A DNA stretch of 64,000 nt from Eledone cirrhosa. Taxonomy: Eukaryota. The stretch spans positions 345,154,001 to 345,218,000 of the forward strand of contig OZ024742.1 in NCBI GenBank assembly GCA_964016885.1. Reading direction: 5' to 3'. A program made the position numbers and the translations under genes. Within the stretch, counting starts at the first letter, position 1, and each line of letters begins with the position of its first letter. The notes beneath the pieces were generated by a model. That model saw only the letters and a list, made by a program, of their open reading frames with translations, made no database searches and was not told the DNA's origin. Of the stretch, positions 28,894-43,068 are shown piece by piece.

Positions 28894-31800
28894 GTAAATA
28901 TCTTTAAGTCGTTTGGAAGCCTCGACAATGCAAATGGGTAAATCTCCGGGTAACAAGATCCGGTGGTGGAGAGAGAGATGTAAGTGGGTGTACGTTGAGA
29001 TGCGTGGTGTGTATGAGATGTGTAGAAGAATGAAGGAAAGAGTATAAAGGATAAAATAAAAATAACAACACGAGAGAGAGTTACCTTGGGAGAGATTTAA
29101 TAGTCCCTATATATTTCGGATTCACATCCATCAACTGGGGGTTTTTCCGGTTAGGGGGAAAGGTTGCCTGTCGGACAGGTGCGAAACGCGTCCTCCGCTG
29201 TTTGTTGTTTTGAATATCTGAGGTATTCGGCAGAGCGCGCGTGCGCGTGAAATGGGGTCGGTCGGGCAGGGGTCAGTGGCCGAATGAGACAGTGGGGTGG
29301 CGCTAGCTGTCAGTCCATTCTCTGCCTGTTTGTTAAATGTTACTGTGTGTGTGTGCGTGTTCTTGTCTCGCTTGAGTGTGTGTGTGTGTGCGTGTGTCGT
29401 TGCCTTGTTCCTATGTATTGGCAGTGTAGTATGTTCGTATGGTGGAATGCTACTGTGTGTGTGTGCGTGTGTGTGTGTAGTTGTCTCGTTTGTGTGTGTG
29501 TGTGTGTGTGTGCGTGTGTTGCTGCATCGTTTGTTAGCTTAAACCAGCCATCTCATTTCGCTTCTCTCTGATCGGTTGTTTACTTGCGGTTGCAGGGGTT
29601 TGATAAAAAGCGCTTCTTTGATACGTCACGTGCCGACGTTTCTTTCAGTCGCTAGAATTGTGACAATGGGCCTACCGTCTTTGTTTCCGCATTTGTCTAT
29701 GTGTTTCCGGAAAGACGAGGCCCTGGTTTTAGTGTGTTCCTTGATCCGGATGTGCAAAGGTCGGATTCTGCTACCTATGTAGTATTGGTTGCACCTGTCA
29801 CATTCTATCTTATACACGACGTATGTACGTAGGCAACAGTTCGCATGGCGTATCGGGCAGTCTCTGAGGGAGCATGCGTCAGTAGATTTCCCGGGTTTCC
29901 TGGAGAGGCATCTTCGCAGGGAAGGGCCCGAGTGGGCCAGGTGGATGTCGAGGCCCTCCCTCCGTATAGCCTTGCGGATAGCGTTGGTGGTATTCTTGCC
30001 CAGGTGTGGCATTTTAAGGAAGCACTTGCCTTGGGTGCCTCTCTGTCTCTTGCGTCTGGTGTCTCCTATTCTGTCTGTGATCGAGGTAGGGTACCCGTTC
30101 GTCTCCAGCACCTTGAGGAATCGCTTGGTATGAGTGACACCACTCGCGGGATCGCTGCATCTGTTTTTGATTCGCGCCATCTCGTTCGTGATGTATCCTC
30201 TTTTGGCACTGTTAGGGAGGGCGGACTTGTAGTGAACGAACAGGTCCCTGCAGGCTGCCTTTCGGTAGAAGTTCCAGTGGATCCTTCCCTGTTCCGTGAT
30301 GTTGATTCGGAAGTCGAGCAGGGCAAGTGACCCGTCTTCGTTGGGGTGTTCAACACTGAAGTCAATGTTCTCGTCCGTGTTGTTGAACGTCTCATAGATT
30401 CTGTTCTCCGTGTCTTGGGAAGATGTGAGGATGAGGATATCGTCCACGTACCTTGAGAAAAAGGCTACGGCATTGGGGTGGCAGGCGTTGAGTGTCTTGC
30501 GTTCGAGGTTGTCCATGTAAGAGATCGCTAGCACACCTGATAGGCTTGATCCCATGGGCAATCCCGAGGTTTGTTGGTATGTTTGGTCAAGGAATCCGAA
30601 GTAGGTGCTGTCGACAACGATGGATAGGAGTTGGTGGATGTCAGTGGTGGTGAGCCCGAAGCAGTGTAGGTCGGTGGATTGGACGCGTTCCATCAGTATA
30701 TTGACGGCCGGGAGTGCCGGGACCGAGGTGTAGAGAGCGACTACATCAAGGCTGAAGGCATATCTGTTATTCCTTCTGGTGTCGGGATCCATTTGATGCA
30801 GGCGCTTCAACACCTCCTCAGAGCTGTTAACGTGTCCCGGCAAGGTGTCTAAGATGGGTTTGAGTATTCTGGCTAGGAGCCATGAAATTTTGTAGAGTGG
30901 TCCCTCCACGCTCGATACGATGGGGCTGGTCTTCAGGTCGGGTCCCTGTTTGTGTGTTTTCACGAGGTGGTAGAAGGCGGGTAGTCTGCTGTTCCTCGTG
31001 AGGAGGTTGTATCTCAGCTTCTTCGTGAGCTTCCACCGGTCGCAGATGTTGGTCCAGGCGGCGTTGATGTGCTCTTCTATCTGCGCGGGCGTGATTCCCG
31101 TGACCTTGGAGTAGAGGTTGTCATCGTCAAGGTGTTGGAGGGCCAGGGTGTTGTAGGCCTCTCTGTGGATGACGCAGAATTCTTTTCCCTTGTCGGAGGG
31201 GAGGTAGATGAGGTTCTTCGATTTTAGGTTGGAGAGAGTGGTCAGTTAAGATTTGGTGAAGTTGTGTGTTGTGCGTGTGTGTGTGTGTTTGTGAAGTATA
31301 TCCGAGATGGAGTGTATTAGCCTGATGAGTTTAGTGTCGAGTTCGTGGTTGGTGGGTGGGGGGTGGAGTGGGTTGTCGGGGTGGTAAGTGGGGAACTTTG
31401 GGTGGGTTGCGTGGACGCTGTTATTTTCTGTGGCACTGTTGATGGCGGTCACCTATTTAAGTTGGTAAGCGGCTCGACAAAAGTTGGCCTCGATGTTGAG
31501 TTTGAGTCTGTCGTCGAGACGTTGTGAGACGATGAACTTGGGTCCGAGGTGTAGGAGTTTCAGCTCGTCGCTCCTGAGAGTGCCGGTTAGGTCGGTGACA
31601 AACACACGCACACACACACAGTAGCATTCCACCATACGAACATACTACACTGCCAATACAGAGGAACAAGGCAACAACACACGCACACACACACACACTC
31701 AAGCGAGACAACAACACACGCACACACACACGCAGTAACATTTAACAAACAGGCAGAGAATGGACTGACAGCTAGCGCCACCCCACTGCCTCATTCGGCC

Positions 31801-32184
31801 GCTGACCTCTGCCCGACCGACCCCATTTCACGCGCACGCGCGCTCTGCCGAATACCTCAGATATTCAAAACAACAAACAGCGGAGGACGCGTTTCGCACC
31901 TGTCCGACAGACAACCTTTCCCCCACCCCGGAAAAAACCCCAGTTGATGGATGTGAATCCGAAATATATAGGGACTATTAAATCTCTCCCAAGGTAACTC
32001 TCTCTCGTGTTGTTATTTTTATTTTATCCTTTATACTCTTTCCTTCATTCTTCTACACATCTCATACACACCACGCATCTCAACGTACACCCACTTACAT
32101 CTCTCTCTCCACCACCGGATCTTGTTACCCGGAGATTTACCCATTTGCATTGTCGAGGCTTCCAAACGACTTCAAGATATTTAC
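28894..32184 (-). mobile_element. Penelope-like retroelement, 5'-truncated, with inverted pseudo-LTR (28894-29472 and 31602-32184), in (TA)n context
   Basis: ~580-bp inverted terminal repeats flank an RT + GIY-YIG ORF. Confidence 0.93.
29539..31600 (-). pseudogene. Penelope RT/GIY-YIG polyprotein with in-frame stops
   Basis: LGPKF, PSDKG, FYHLVKTHK, SLDVVALYTSVP, QTSGLPMGS and RYVDD motifs; GIY-YIG VVYKIECDRCNQYYIGS...RIKEH...EALFI; stops at ~31453, 31246 and 29626. Confidence 0.92.
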
Positions 32185-32223
32185 TTATTATTCCACAATG
32201 CTTCAAGCAAACTTCAATACTCT

Positions 32224-32280
<57 letters not shown>

Positions 32281-32444
32281 GGGGTAACAAATTATTGTTA
32301 TAGGTAGTCCACTTAGGTGTAGTCCAGTTATGGTACTCCGGGTAGTGGATGATATCAACGCTTGGCTAAGTTTGACTCAACAAGGCGTTTCCATCGTGAT
32401 GCTGCGAGTACGCTGTAATTCCTATGTTGTAAACACTTAGAGTA

Positions 32445-33218
32445 ATAATAAATCAGGAAAGAAGAGGGACACGGTTTGCTATACAAAAAAGATTTTTAAT
32501 CTCATTGCTGACAATTGTTTTTCTGAACTGGTAGGTCTAGAGATCGTTATCTGTTTATTTTCACGTTACTCGATCGCCAATACAATATTATAACCAGTCA
32601 GTTCATCGGAGCTTGCAAGAATGAAGAGAATATACAGGCATGAAAAGAATATACAGGCTACTATATGTAGTAGTAATGGCATTCAGTCAGAACAATAACA
32701 ACAATATCAACAATGCTAGCAATAAATTATTTAAAATAATCACAACATCAATCTAGGTGGGAGTATAGTAAAACTAGCTGACATGAGGCAGATGTATAAA
32801 ATTGACATGTAAAATTGACATATAAAATGTACATGTCAATTTTATACATCTGCCTCATGTCAGCTAGTTTTACACGCTAAAATCATGGATATACTATACT
32901 TCCCACCTAGATTGATGTTGTGATTATTTCAAATAATTTATTGCTAGCATTGTTGATATTGTTGTTATTGTTCTGACTGAATGCCATAACTACTACATAT
33001 AGTAGCCTGTATATTCTTTTCATGCCTGTATATTCTTTTCATTCTTGCAAGCTCCGATGAACTGACTGGTTATAACTTTGTATTGGTGATCGAGTAACAT
33101 GAAAATAAGCGGATAGCGATCTCTAGACCTACCAGTTCAGAGAAACAATTGTCAGCAATGAGATTAAAAACCATTTTTGTATAGCAAACCGTGTCCCTCT
33201 TCTTTCCTGATTTATTAT
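32445..33218. repeat. Diverged inverted repeat (~325-bp arms plus inner ~50-bp hairpin)
   Basis: ataataaatcaggaaag...gtatagta mirrors tactatac...tttcctgatttattat with scattered substitutions. Confidence 0.92.
33051..33156 (+). ncRNA. Hammerhead (U4C) with 81-nt helix II domain; mirror copy at 32507-32612(-) has G12A
   Basis: gct-CCGATGA-a-ctgactggt...accagttcag-a-GAAA-caattg-TC-agc; palindrome acaattgt, GUC site. Confidence 0.65.
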
Positions 33219-33231
33219 ATATATATATATA

Positions 33232-33959
33232 TTATTTTAACGATAGTTATAGCTCTGATTTATCTGAATTATTGAGCCCTCTGCCGCTCATTTCGAATTT
33301 TGTTTATCGTGAACTGGTGCGCCGATTTTTCGATACTCGATTATTCTACTATATTTAGCTCTAGACCTAGCTGTTAATTTTATTGTTCATTTTTTGTCGA
33401 TTCTATTAAATGATGAATAGCTCCTGTTTATTTTAACATGTCTATTGAGCACTCTTATTCGATATGTGTATTTCCACATTTTCCCGAATATTTTTTGCGG
33501 ATATAGAGGTTATCTCCCTTGCTGAATTCCATGTGCGTTTTTTCAACCTGGGTTATGCCTTATCATTCGTTCGGACAAAGGCTCGTTGAGGAAGTAAATT
33601 CCCGTCCGCTGGCTTCTAGAAGTCTTATATATTTTTATGTGAGCTGATAGAGGGCAGTTTAAGGATTTACAGAAACCCAAGAAGATAGATTTACCATCTT
33701 TCTAGCGGGTCCGGGTATGCTTTTTACATTCATTTGATTTATTGATTTATTGATATTTTATCTGAGTGTCCCGAATCTCCCATATCGCAATTTTTCGGTC
33801 GTATGGTTGATTTTAGACATGTTCTATATGTGACGGTATTTTAACGATAGTTATAGCTCTGATTTATCTGAATTATTGAGCCCTCTGCCGCTCATTTCGA
33901 ATTTTGTTTATCGTGAACTCGTGCGCCGATTTTTCGATACTCGATTATTCTACTATATA
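33232..33959 (+). mobile_element. Partial tandem repeat (~604-bp period, ~125-bp terminal direct repeat) between (TA)n tracts, with an HHR
   Basis: 33232-33355 is repeated at 33836-33959. Confidence 0.8.
33581..33716 (+). ncRNA. Hammerhead with 79-nt helix II and extended helix III
   Basis: gctcg-TTGAGGA-a-gtaaattc...ggatttac-a-GAAA-ccc(aagaagat...atctttct agc)ggg-TC-cgggt. Confidence 0.65.
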
Positions 33960-34839
33960 TATATATATATACATATATGTGCGTGTGTACGTGTGCGTAT
34001 AATATACATCTATATTATACAAATATGATAAATATATGCATGCATTTGTCTGTGTGTGTGTGCGGGTGGGTGGGGTGAGGGGTATGTGTGTGTGTGTGTA
34101 GTATATCACTCTATCCAAATAAGAAAAAATAAATATCAAAAGTGATTGTTTTCCTTTTTCAAATTACTTCTGTTGGACAAAACAAAAAAAGACGTTGGAA
34201 AAATGAAGAGATGAGAATTCGATCAAGTGATACGTTAATAAGATATGTGTATTCGATCACAGAAATCCTAATAGGTCCCAGTTTCAGGTTAAAGAGTTAA
34301 CGTGTATGGGAACATGACTTATAAATTATATTAATGAAGTGGAAGCGAGTTCATGTCACTTCAGTTCATAGATCAGTCTTATGTGATATATGATGCTTTT
34401 CCTTATCAAAATACGAAATGTTTATACGTGTATATAATCCATGTATTCACATAAATACTTTCATTATACACTCAAAGGGAAAGATGCTTTTATTGCACTC
34501 GCTTTACCAAGTCAGGGAATGAAATTAAAATTAAGTCACGTATAAGATTTATCCAATATATTTATCTTTCTTCAAAGACATTTGCACTTTTCGCTATGAA
34601 CTCAAAGGCCTTTTTGTGTTGATCAGAAGATGTGAACATTTTTTATGCTGTAAGCCACCCACAAATTAACTGACATTTTGAAGAACAAAGCCAATATTGT
34701 TTCACTAAACCTCATTTTCTTTACGAAATATATTTACAAATGTAAATAAAAATGGACTTTTCTACGAATCACAATTAGTTAATAATGTACACGTTAAATA
34801 AAATGACATCAGCAAAAATATATTTCAATATGAAGTTTT

Positions 34840-35192
34840 GGCTTCGAATGCAATGCTTCTGTCAGAAGGCTGGATTTAGTCTGTCAGAAGGCCGCGATCA
34901 GATTTTCGGAAGACTGTACTCATATTTTTAGAAAGCTGCACTCAATCTTTCAGAAGGCCTCAATCAGTCTTTTAGAAGACTGCACTCAATCTTTTAGTAG
35001 GTTGCTTTTACTTTTCCAGAAGGTCGGGTATATTCTTGTAGAAGGTCTGATCTACTCTTTCAGACGCCTGAAATTAGTCTTTCAGAAGTCCTTACTCATT
35101 CTTTCGATAGGCGGCACTTACTCTTTCAAAGATCACTATCTCAGTTTTTCAGAAGACCACATGTGGCCTCAAGGCCGGAGGTTCTACACGCC
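34840..35192. mobile_element. Degenerate hAT-like end with ~30-bp subterminal repeats
   Basis: Recurrent tcagaagg/c units ending in ggccggaggttctacacgcct. Confidence 0.4.
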
Positions 35193-38100
35193 TAGACCAG
35201 ATGGATATGCTTTTAGAATCACTGACACCTTTGTTGCTTCTTGACTAAGAAGCAGCAGTGTATGTGCAGAATCAGTAGAGTGTCTAGAAAATAACTGTTG
35301 ATATGTGGTTATTTCAATTTTGTTGTTAATTCAATTGCCGTTCGATTCAGCTTCGGCTTTTCTCTGCGTGGGTCGATAAAATCCCTACATGAAAGAAACA
35401 TTTGGGGAAATACAGTTGATTGGAATTTCAAAGGCCAATTCAGGCATATGTTAAATTGAATGGACTAGTCGAGTTTTCTTTCTTTCCTTCTTTCGACTTT
35501 CCCCTTTTCTCTTCGTTTCTTTCATTTTTTTTCTGTTCCGAAAGTCGAAAACTGTAAAAATATTTCCAATTTTCTCAAACGGTAAAACTACTAATACTTC
35601 TCATCTCGTATTTCTCATGCTTGTGTTCTTATTTTAATTTTAACATATTAAACTGCCATTCAAGTCAATTTCCTCTTTTCCTCTGATGGGGTGAATTAAA
35701 TGAAATCATGAAATAAAAACATCGTGAAGATATAGTTAACTTTAACTTAAAATACAGATTCTACGTGTTAAAATAGCGAAGTGAAGTTTGTCTTCTTCTT
35801 CCTTTCAATGCCCCCTCTCTCATCCGGTTTCTTTTGCAACGAAAGACATTATTCCAAAATGTTAAAAGTATATCTAGTTTTCTGTAAGTGTGAAATTACT
35901 AATACTTTCATCATGTAAGTCCAACCCATATGTTTCAAAATATATTTTATCACATTTGGTAGGAAAATAGTCTCACTTCTTCAGATTTCTTCAGAAAATA
36001 TTTTACTCTGCAGTGAGATATATTCGTAAGAACACAGAACTGAAAAACAGAATTTAGTAATGAAAAAACAAGGGGGGAAAGGGGTAAAGAAGGGAAGATC
36101 TGTCTGTATAGGAAAGTAGAAGAAAGGACCCTAGATGCCATAAATGGGAAGGAAATGAGGGAATGATCAAGGACTATTAGGCCACGGGGAAAAAGAGAGG
36201 GGGAAGGGGAGAGGATGACAGACTCTGTGCCTAGGTCGGGGCGGTGTTTCGAGTGCACCCCGCTGACAAAACAGCCAAAGCATTTCCGCGGACAATGGCC
36301 AGCGATATCTGCTGCAACAGCGACCCCACCTCATGAGGTTCTTTCTTCGGGCGTTCTGATTATATAAATATCTTATGACTAATTAACAATTAAAAGTGTT
36401 GTGAAGGCAAAAGAACTCTACGCGAAAGGTACCCTGGCCAATATCCATGTATTTAAGAATGATTGTTAACAACATTACTACTTATTTCATAACACCAGCA
36501 GAAAGTAACTATGTTTTTATTGGTGCAGGGGAGGGTGTCTACAAAAAAAAGCTATTTCACAAAAGGAAGATATAATTGAAGTCGTGCTGAATATTTCAAA
36601 CAATTGTACACATATTTACTTTTATAGTGTAGTAGAGTATAAAAAAAATCATAAATATTAAATATTTCGTCGTACATCTGTGACCTGGTCTCTGGCACTC
36701 TAGTTGAACAGTATTTTGAAATACATTATATTTCTTCATAAAAATAAAATTTAAGTGTGGAATGTTATTTCAGATTCTATTGTTGTTTCTGCATGTTTAT
36801 GAAGTTCAAATTGCACCCTATCCTGTGCGTTATTTTAAATCGATTTAGCCAAAATATAGTGAATTTAATTGAATTAATAAAATTGTTAGAATCTCGGATA
36901 GAATGACTTATGTTATTCCTTTCATCTGTCTGCTCTCAGAGTTCCAATTCCACCGAGTTCAACTTTGCCTTTCGTCCTTTCGAGGTCGATAAAAAAAGTA
37001 CCAGTCTAGTACTGGAGTCGACTCTTCCTCTATATCACTTTCTCATTTCCTCTCTCTCACTTTCTATCTTTCCCTGGAAGAAATCTGCTGTACTCAGACC
37101 TGGCGGGGCCCAGGCTCCGCCAGGTTTAATATGCCCAAGAAACGCCATATGTCAATAACGCGCCCCTACCACTCTATCAGGATTTCATATGATTATATAT
37201 ATTTTAGATATCAATGAAGTCATAGTGGTAAAGTGACAGAGTTGTTACAGCGTCAGATAGAAAACCTTGTAATATTGTTTTCAGCTGTTTGCGCTCTGAG
37301 TTCAAATCCCACCGAGCTCAACCTCGCCTTTCATCCTTTCAAGGTCGATAAATAGTACCAATTTCATAATGGAGTCGATTCTTCCTCTATGTCCCTTTCT
37401 TACGACCTGTCACTCTTTATCTCCCCCCCCCCTCTCTATTTCTCTGAAAGAAATCAGTTGTCTTCAAGCCTGGAGAAGGACAGGCCATGCGAGTTATATA
37501 TACCGATGACACGCCGTATGTATCGAAGGTGTACCATCGATTCAATCGGGAGATAAACCCAGACAAGGCCGGATACACCTGCTAGTAGAATTTATATAGC
37601 TTGACAGGAAGGTATATATTACTAATGCTTTGTTGTAATTTAATGTTCTACATTAATATTGTGAGAGTCACGTGGCTTATTAGTTAGGGAGTTTAGCTCA
37701 CGCACGTACTGTTGTGAATTCGGTCCCTGGCAGTTTGTCGTGTCTTTGAGCAAGACATTTATTTAACGCTGCTCCAGTCCACGCAACTAACAGAAAATAA
37801 GTGATATCTGTAATTCAAAGGACCACACTGTCACGCTGAATCTTCCTAAAAACTAATTTAAGGGTACACGTGTCTGTGTAATGCTTAAAAGCTTTCATGT
37901 TAATTGGACGAATACACTCTTTTCTATTACGAACAACTGGAGCACTCTTCGTCGCAACTGACGGAGGTCCAATATAGTCAGTGTTGTTCTATTGAAATTG
38001 GCTATCATTAAATTAGTGCGCCGTATTATATATTTTAGGTGTCATATCATTAACTTCTTTAATATAATTTCATTTTTAGTCTATAGTTATTACTTGACTT

Positions 38101-39691
38101 CTAATTCATTTAGATGTAATTGTTTTTATCGATTGGAAAATTGTTTCATTAATTCTTGAATACGATGAGTGGAACATTTAAAGTAATGTAGATACTTTAC
38201 AATCTTTAGTGCTCCGTGTGGCAGTTCTATTACGCTCCACACATAAAATGCTAGGACTATAAACTTGTCTTTCGTGAATTCTTACGTTTTTCATTGGCGG
38301 GGTGTTATTAATCTGCGGTCATGATGAAGAACTGCATTGATTTAGTTGATCATGTCGACCTCGCTACTTATTTCCTCGAGTCTGGCATTTATTTTATCGC
38401 TCTCAATGTTGTAGACCAACTGGATTACTGGCATAAACACTGAAAACTAGGTTAATGGTAAACAATGCTGTGGAATGCTCAGCCACTTACTCGTTAATTT
38501 CACAAGCATGCTGTTCAGTTAATCAAATCAACTTTGTTACTATAACTTTAGGACTACAAGTATAGAATGAATCATATTTAACTGGGTGATGTCTAAAAAC
38601 ATCTGACTGATAAAATGACAAGTCAGTCAGTCATATTGGTGGCCTCCCCACAGCCCCGGCGGACAGAATGGAGAAGGCGTTTCCCCGGAGTACGGCAAGG
38701 GAGACGCGCTGGAAAAGCCATTCCAACTAGTGAGGCTTACACCTGCGGCTGGCCAGCTCAGCGCCTATGGTGGTGAGTGGGGAGGTAGCCCTAGGGCCGA
38801 GGATACCAGAGGTCTCCACTGCCAAGGGTACAACCGCAAACCTGTCGGTGAGCGACCGGTATTTGAAGAGTTTGGCTTCCTCAGCCCGACGTGCAGCAGA
38901 ACCTGGGGTTTATCGTAACAACTGACGAAGGTCCAACACGCATCTTCAGATGCCACAGAGGAAGACTCATTTCATACTTTGTTTTCTCAATAGTTTCAAG
39001 TGTATTCTGATATCCTAACTGGTCCCGTGCACCATGACCGCTAATTCTAGTATTTATATGTATATAAAGGGTACAAAATCAAGATTTTACTGCAACAATT
39101 CTTTGATTACAAACTTTTTCGTGAAAAAACTATCGGCAACAAACAAAGATAACCAAGATATTATCTTGGTGTGTATATGTATATATTTATATGTCTGACT
39201 ATTTAAAATATCAACAGACATACACAGTTATAAATATATTCACACAAACATACATATACTTACATATACAGACTCACATAAATAATTGTTTTACTTTTGG
39301 CACAAGTCCAGCAATTACACCAGTACATTACTGGTGCTTTATTTTATCGACCCCCGTAAGGATGAAAGGCAAAGTTAACCTCGGCGGGATTTGTAATCAG
39401 AATGTAAAGGGCCATAACTCTATGCTGCAAAGCATAGCGAATTCACTACACATTATACTCACACAAGTGTAACGTATCTTAGAACCCCTTCCTTTCTCAG
39501 TTATCTTCCGTTCATTGCGTGACGGACAAATATATTATATAGATAAATACACAAACATTTGCTGACCAGTAATCCACTGGGTAATTGCTGGCCTTGTGCC
39601 AAAAGTAGAAACAATTATTATAGTTAATATTCCACGTGCAAATACAGATATATATGGCCTGTGATGTCATCTGTTCCCATATATCTTTCTA

Positions 39692-39744
<53 letters not shown>

Positions 39745-39747
39745 TAT

Positions 39748-39992
39748 ATGAAGCCACATAAGCCGATTGTGAATTGTTGCATAATATATGCAGACAGATG
39801 GTGCAGTGCACCTTACTTCTGCATTAGTGCGGCAGAAACTCGAGTCCGGGAACCTTATAGGCACCCGTTTTACGTGTGTTGTGTTGAGGCAAATAACTAT
39901 GTGTACACTCTGGTAATGTATCTTACATTGCCCATTGAGTGCGCTGAGATACAACCGGTACTGGCATTGATAAATATGCTGGGTCCGTCAAC

Positions 39993-39997
<5 letters not shown>
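39748..39997 (+). mobile_element. Family B copy, 5'-truncated inside the HHR core, between (TA)n tracts
   Basis: (TA)n-tgaagccac...tgcggcaGAAActcgagTCcggg...ccgtcaacccttat(TA)n. Confidence 0.8.
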
Positions 39998-40076
<79 letters not shown>

Positions 40077-40198
40077 GAAGGTGTTTTTTTTCCGAAATGA
40101 AAAAAAAAAACAGATGTCTAAACACAAGTAAAAGTATAAGGAAAATAGATGAAATCGAAAATACAACTGGAGTCTTTTTAAGAATATTTATTTGGTTC

Positions 40199-40234
40199 CT
40201 TTACCGGTTTCGCAGTTGTTATGCTTTTCAAAAG
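40199..40234 (-). ncRNA. Minimal hammerhead with compensatory U3-A8 core
   Basis: Minus strand: ctt-TTGAAAA-gca(taacaac)tgc-GAAA-ccgg-TA-aag; a decayed relative lies at ~6505-6542. Confidence 0.6.
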
Positions 40235-40446
40235 TAGAATTGACATGGAGGGTTTGTAATATATATATATATATATATATATACAACAAAGAAAGTGTGG
40301 TAAGAAACTAGGTGGACCATAACGCACCAGAGTACTCGATACTTAGGATAGTAGAGTTGTTAATAGGAAAAGTATCGGATGTTGTCTTAGTTCGGATCTA
40401 GCTGTCGAAACGGCCGGAGCTCAGCAGTCGGGGTCCTGACTCTTTT

Positions 40447-40526
<80 letters not shown>

Positions 40527-40539
40527 TATATATATAAAT

Positions 40540-40898
40540 GGAAAAAATGAAATTTCATTTCTCACTCTTAGCACGGCTGATACTTAAATATAAATATGTA
40601 TACGAACATACATATATGTATACAGACGTACAGTAGTATGTATATACAGATACATGCACACAAATGTTCGGTAAAGCCATACGTACATATATACAGTATA
40701 TGTGTGCATGTATGTATGTATATACATACTACCGTACGTCTGTATACATATATGTATTTACGTATACATATATTTATATATATATATATATAAAATGGAA
40801 TAGAATGAAATGAAATTTCATTTCTCACTCTTAGTACGGCACTTACATTATAATAAATGTTCGCTAAACTGATGCGTACATATATATATGTGTGCCTG

Positions 40899-40970
<72 letters not shown>

Positions 40971-41399
40971 CATGCTACCGTACGTCTGTATGCATATATG
41001 TATGCACGTATACATACATACTTACATTTAAGTAAGTGCCGTACTAAGAGTGAGAAATGAAATGAAATTTCATTCTATTCCATTTATCGTTTTCGGTGTG
41101 CCTGGCCGACTGAACTCACTCGATATGCAAATTAGGCTGCTCAGCCGTTAATTTTCATAAGGAAAGTATATACTTTCGAACGTTCAACCATCTGGCAGAA
41201 GGGTATACGGTGCTGACGATAGCTAACAAGCTTGAAACTAATACATCGTTCCTGTGTCAGTGTTGAACAAAACGGTGACGTGGTTGCCTTAACACTGTAC
41301 GGCGTATATCAGGCTGTTCTGTTTGTTTACAAACGGACAAAGCGAGCATTATAATAAATGTTCGCTAAACTGATACGTACATATATATATGTGTGCCTG

Positions 41400-41447
<48 letters not shown>

Positions 41448-41500
41448 TGCTACTGTACGTCTGTATGCATATATGTATGTACGTATACATACATACTTAC
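40540..41500. mobile_element. Family A copies (inverted and direct) with an HHR at 41207-41249(+)
   Basis: acggtg-CTGACGA-t-agct(aaca)agct-t-GAAA-ctaa-TA-catcgt; homology to 1677-2447. Confidence 0.8.
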
Positions 41501-41577
<77 letters not shown>

Positions 41578-41809
41578 GAGTTCATTGCAAATCAGTAAAC
41601 TACTTTCCACAGGAAGTTCTGTAAGGATTGACCGATCAATCACAGTGACGGTTTACTAAGATGTAATTCTTTTCTAGAACACTACTTCTAGAACTTCCTC
41701 CTTAATGTTACATTTTGGATTATCACGGAAGGAAATTTATACGATTGATACACTTTCCTATATTTATATTGCCTTTTCACTAGCTGCACGTATATATATA
41801 TATGGTCTT

Positions 41810-42942
41810 AGGATTCTGTCGATCGATTGGTTATTGATTAGGCGATACCCACTGATGAAGCCGCATAAGCCGATTGTGCATTGTTGCATAATATATGCAG
41901 TAGGATGGTGCAGTGCACCTTAATGCTGCATTAGTGCGACAGAAACTCGAGTCCGGGAACCTTATAGCCGCCCGTTTTACGTGTGTTGTGTTGAAGCACA
42001 TAACTATGTGTCTACTCTGGGAATGTATCTTACATTGACCATCGAGTACGCTGGGACATAACTGGTCCTGGCATTGATAAATATGCTGGGTCCGTCAACC
42101 CTTATTATTATTATCTCCCAACTAGCGGACTACTGAGAGTAAGTTAAACAATTTTTCACTTTTATTGTGGTTTTGTTTTGATATACACTCTTTTTCTTGC
42201 TATTAATTTTATCTTCCAATCTTTTAAGTTGTGAAATAGACTGGTTATATACGCACGCGGCTGACACATTTCAGCTCGCTACTATATTGCTCTATAATGG
42301 AGTATCGCATTTAAAGTCCGTTAAAGGTTCTTTTCACTACCATTGTTACCATCGCTTTCCTCTAGCCATGGGGCTTGGAGACATGAGCCGAATGCTACCA
42401 TTCTATTATATACCATTGTGAACTGTTATTTCTAATGGCTATGTTTTCACCTCTTGATAATTTGTGTGTGAGACACGTTGGCTGAGGTCTTCTGACAAGA
42501 ACGAAAAGATTGATTCTTTTAGCTTCCCGTCTCCACGTAAAATTTGTAAATCAGTGGCTAGTGGAGAGATAGAATTCTATCGGGTGCCAGTTGCTAATCG
42601 CTTTACCGTGTCAGTCGTCACAAACAGTCATGACCGGCATAGACTCGTCTTAGGATTCTGTCGATCGATTGGTTATTGATTAGGGGATACCCGCTGATGA
42701 AGCCGCATAAGCTGATCGTGCATTGTTGCACAATATATGCAGTAGGATGGTTCAGCACCTTACTGATGCATTAGTGCGGCAGAAACTCGAGTCCGGTAAC
42801 CTTATAGGCACCCGATTTACGTGAGTTGTGTTTAGGCAAATAACTTTGTGTATAATCTGGGAATGTATCTTACATTGCCCATTGAGTACGCTGAGATACA
42901 ACCGGTACTGGCATTGATAAATATTCTGGGTCCGTCAACCCT

Positions 42943-42947
<5 letters not shown>
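41810..42947 (+). mobile_element. Family B partial tandem (~840-bp period) with two extended-helix-II hammerheads (41848-41957 and 42691-42796)
   Basis: ccg-CTGATGA-a-gccgca...tgcggc-a-GAAA-ctcgag-TC-cgg; direct repeat of 41810-42110 at 42648-42947. Confidence 0.85.
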
Positions 42948-43025
<78 letters not shown>

Positions 43026-43032
43026 CGTGTGT

Positions 43033-43068
<36 letters not shown>

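Noticed and set aside
29154-29196. GAAAcgcgTC hammerhead 3' half on the antisense strand of the PLE pLTR
   Set aside because: No CUGANGA-like box at the required position
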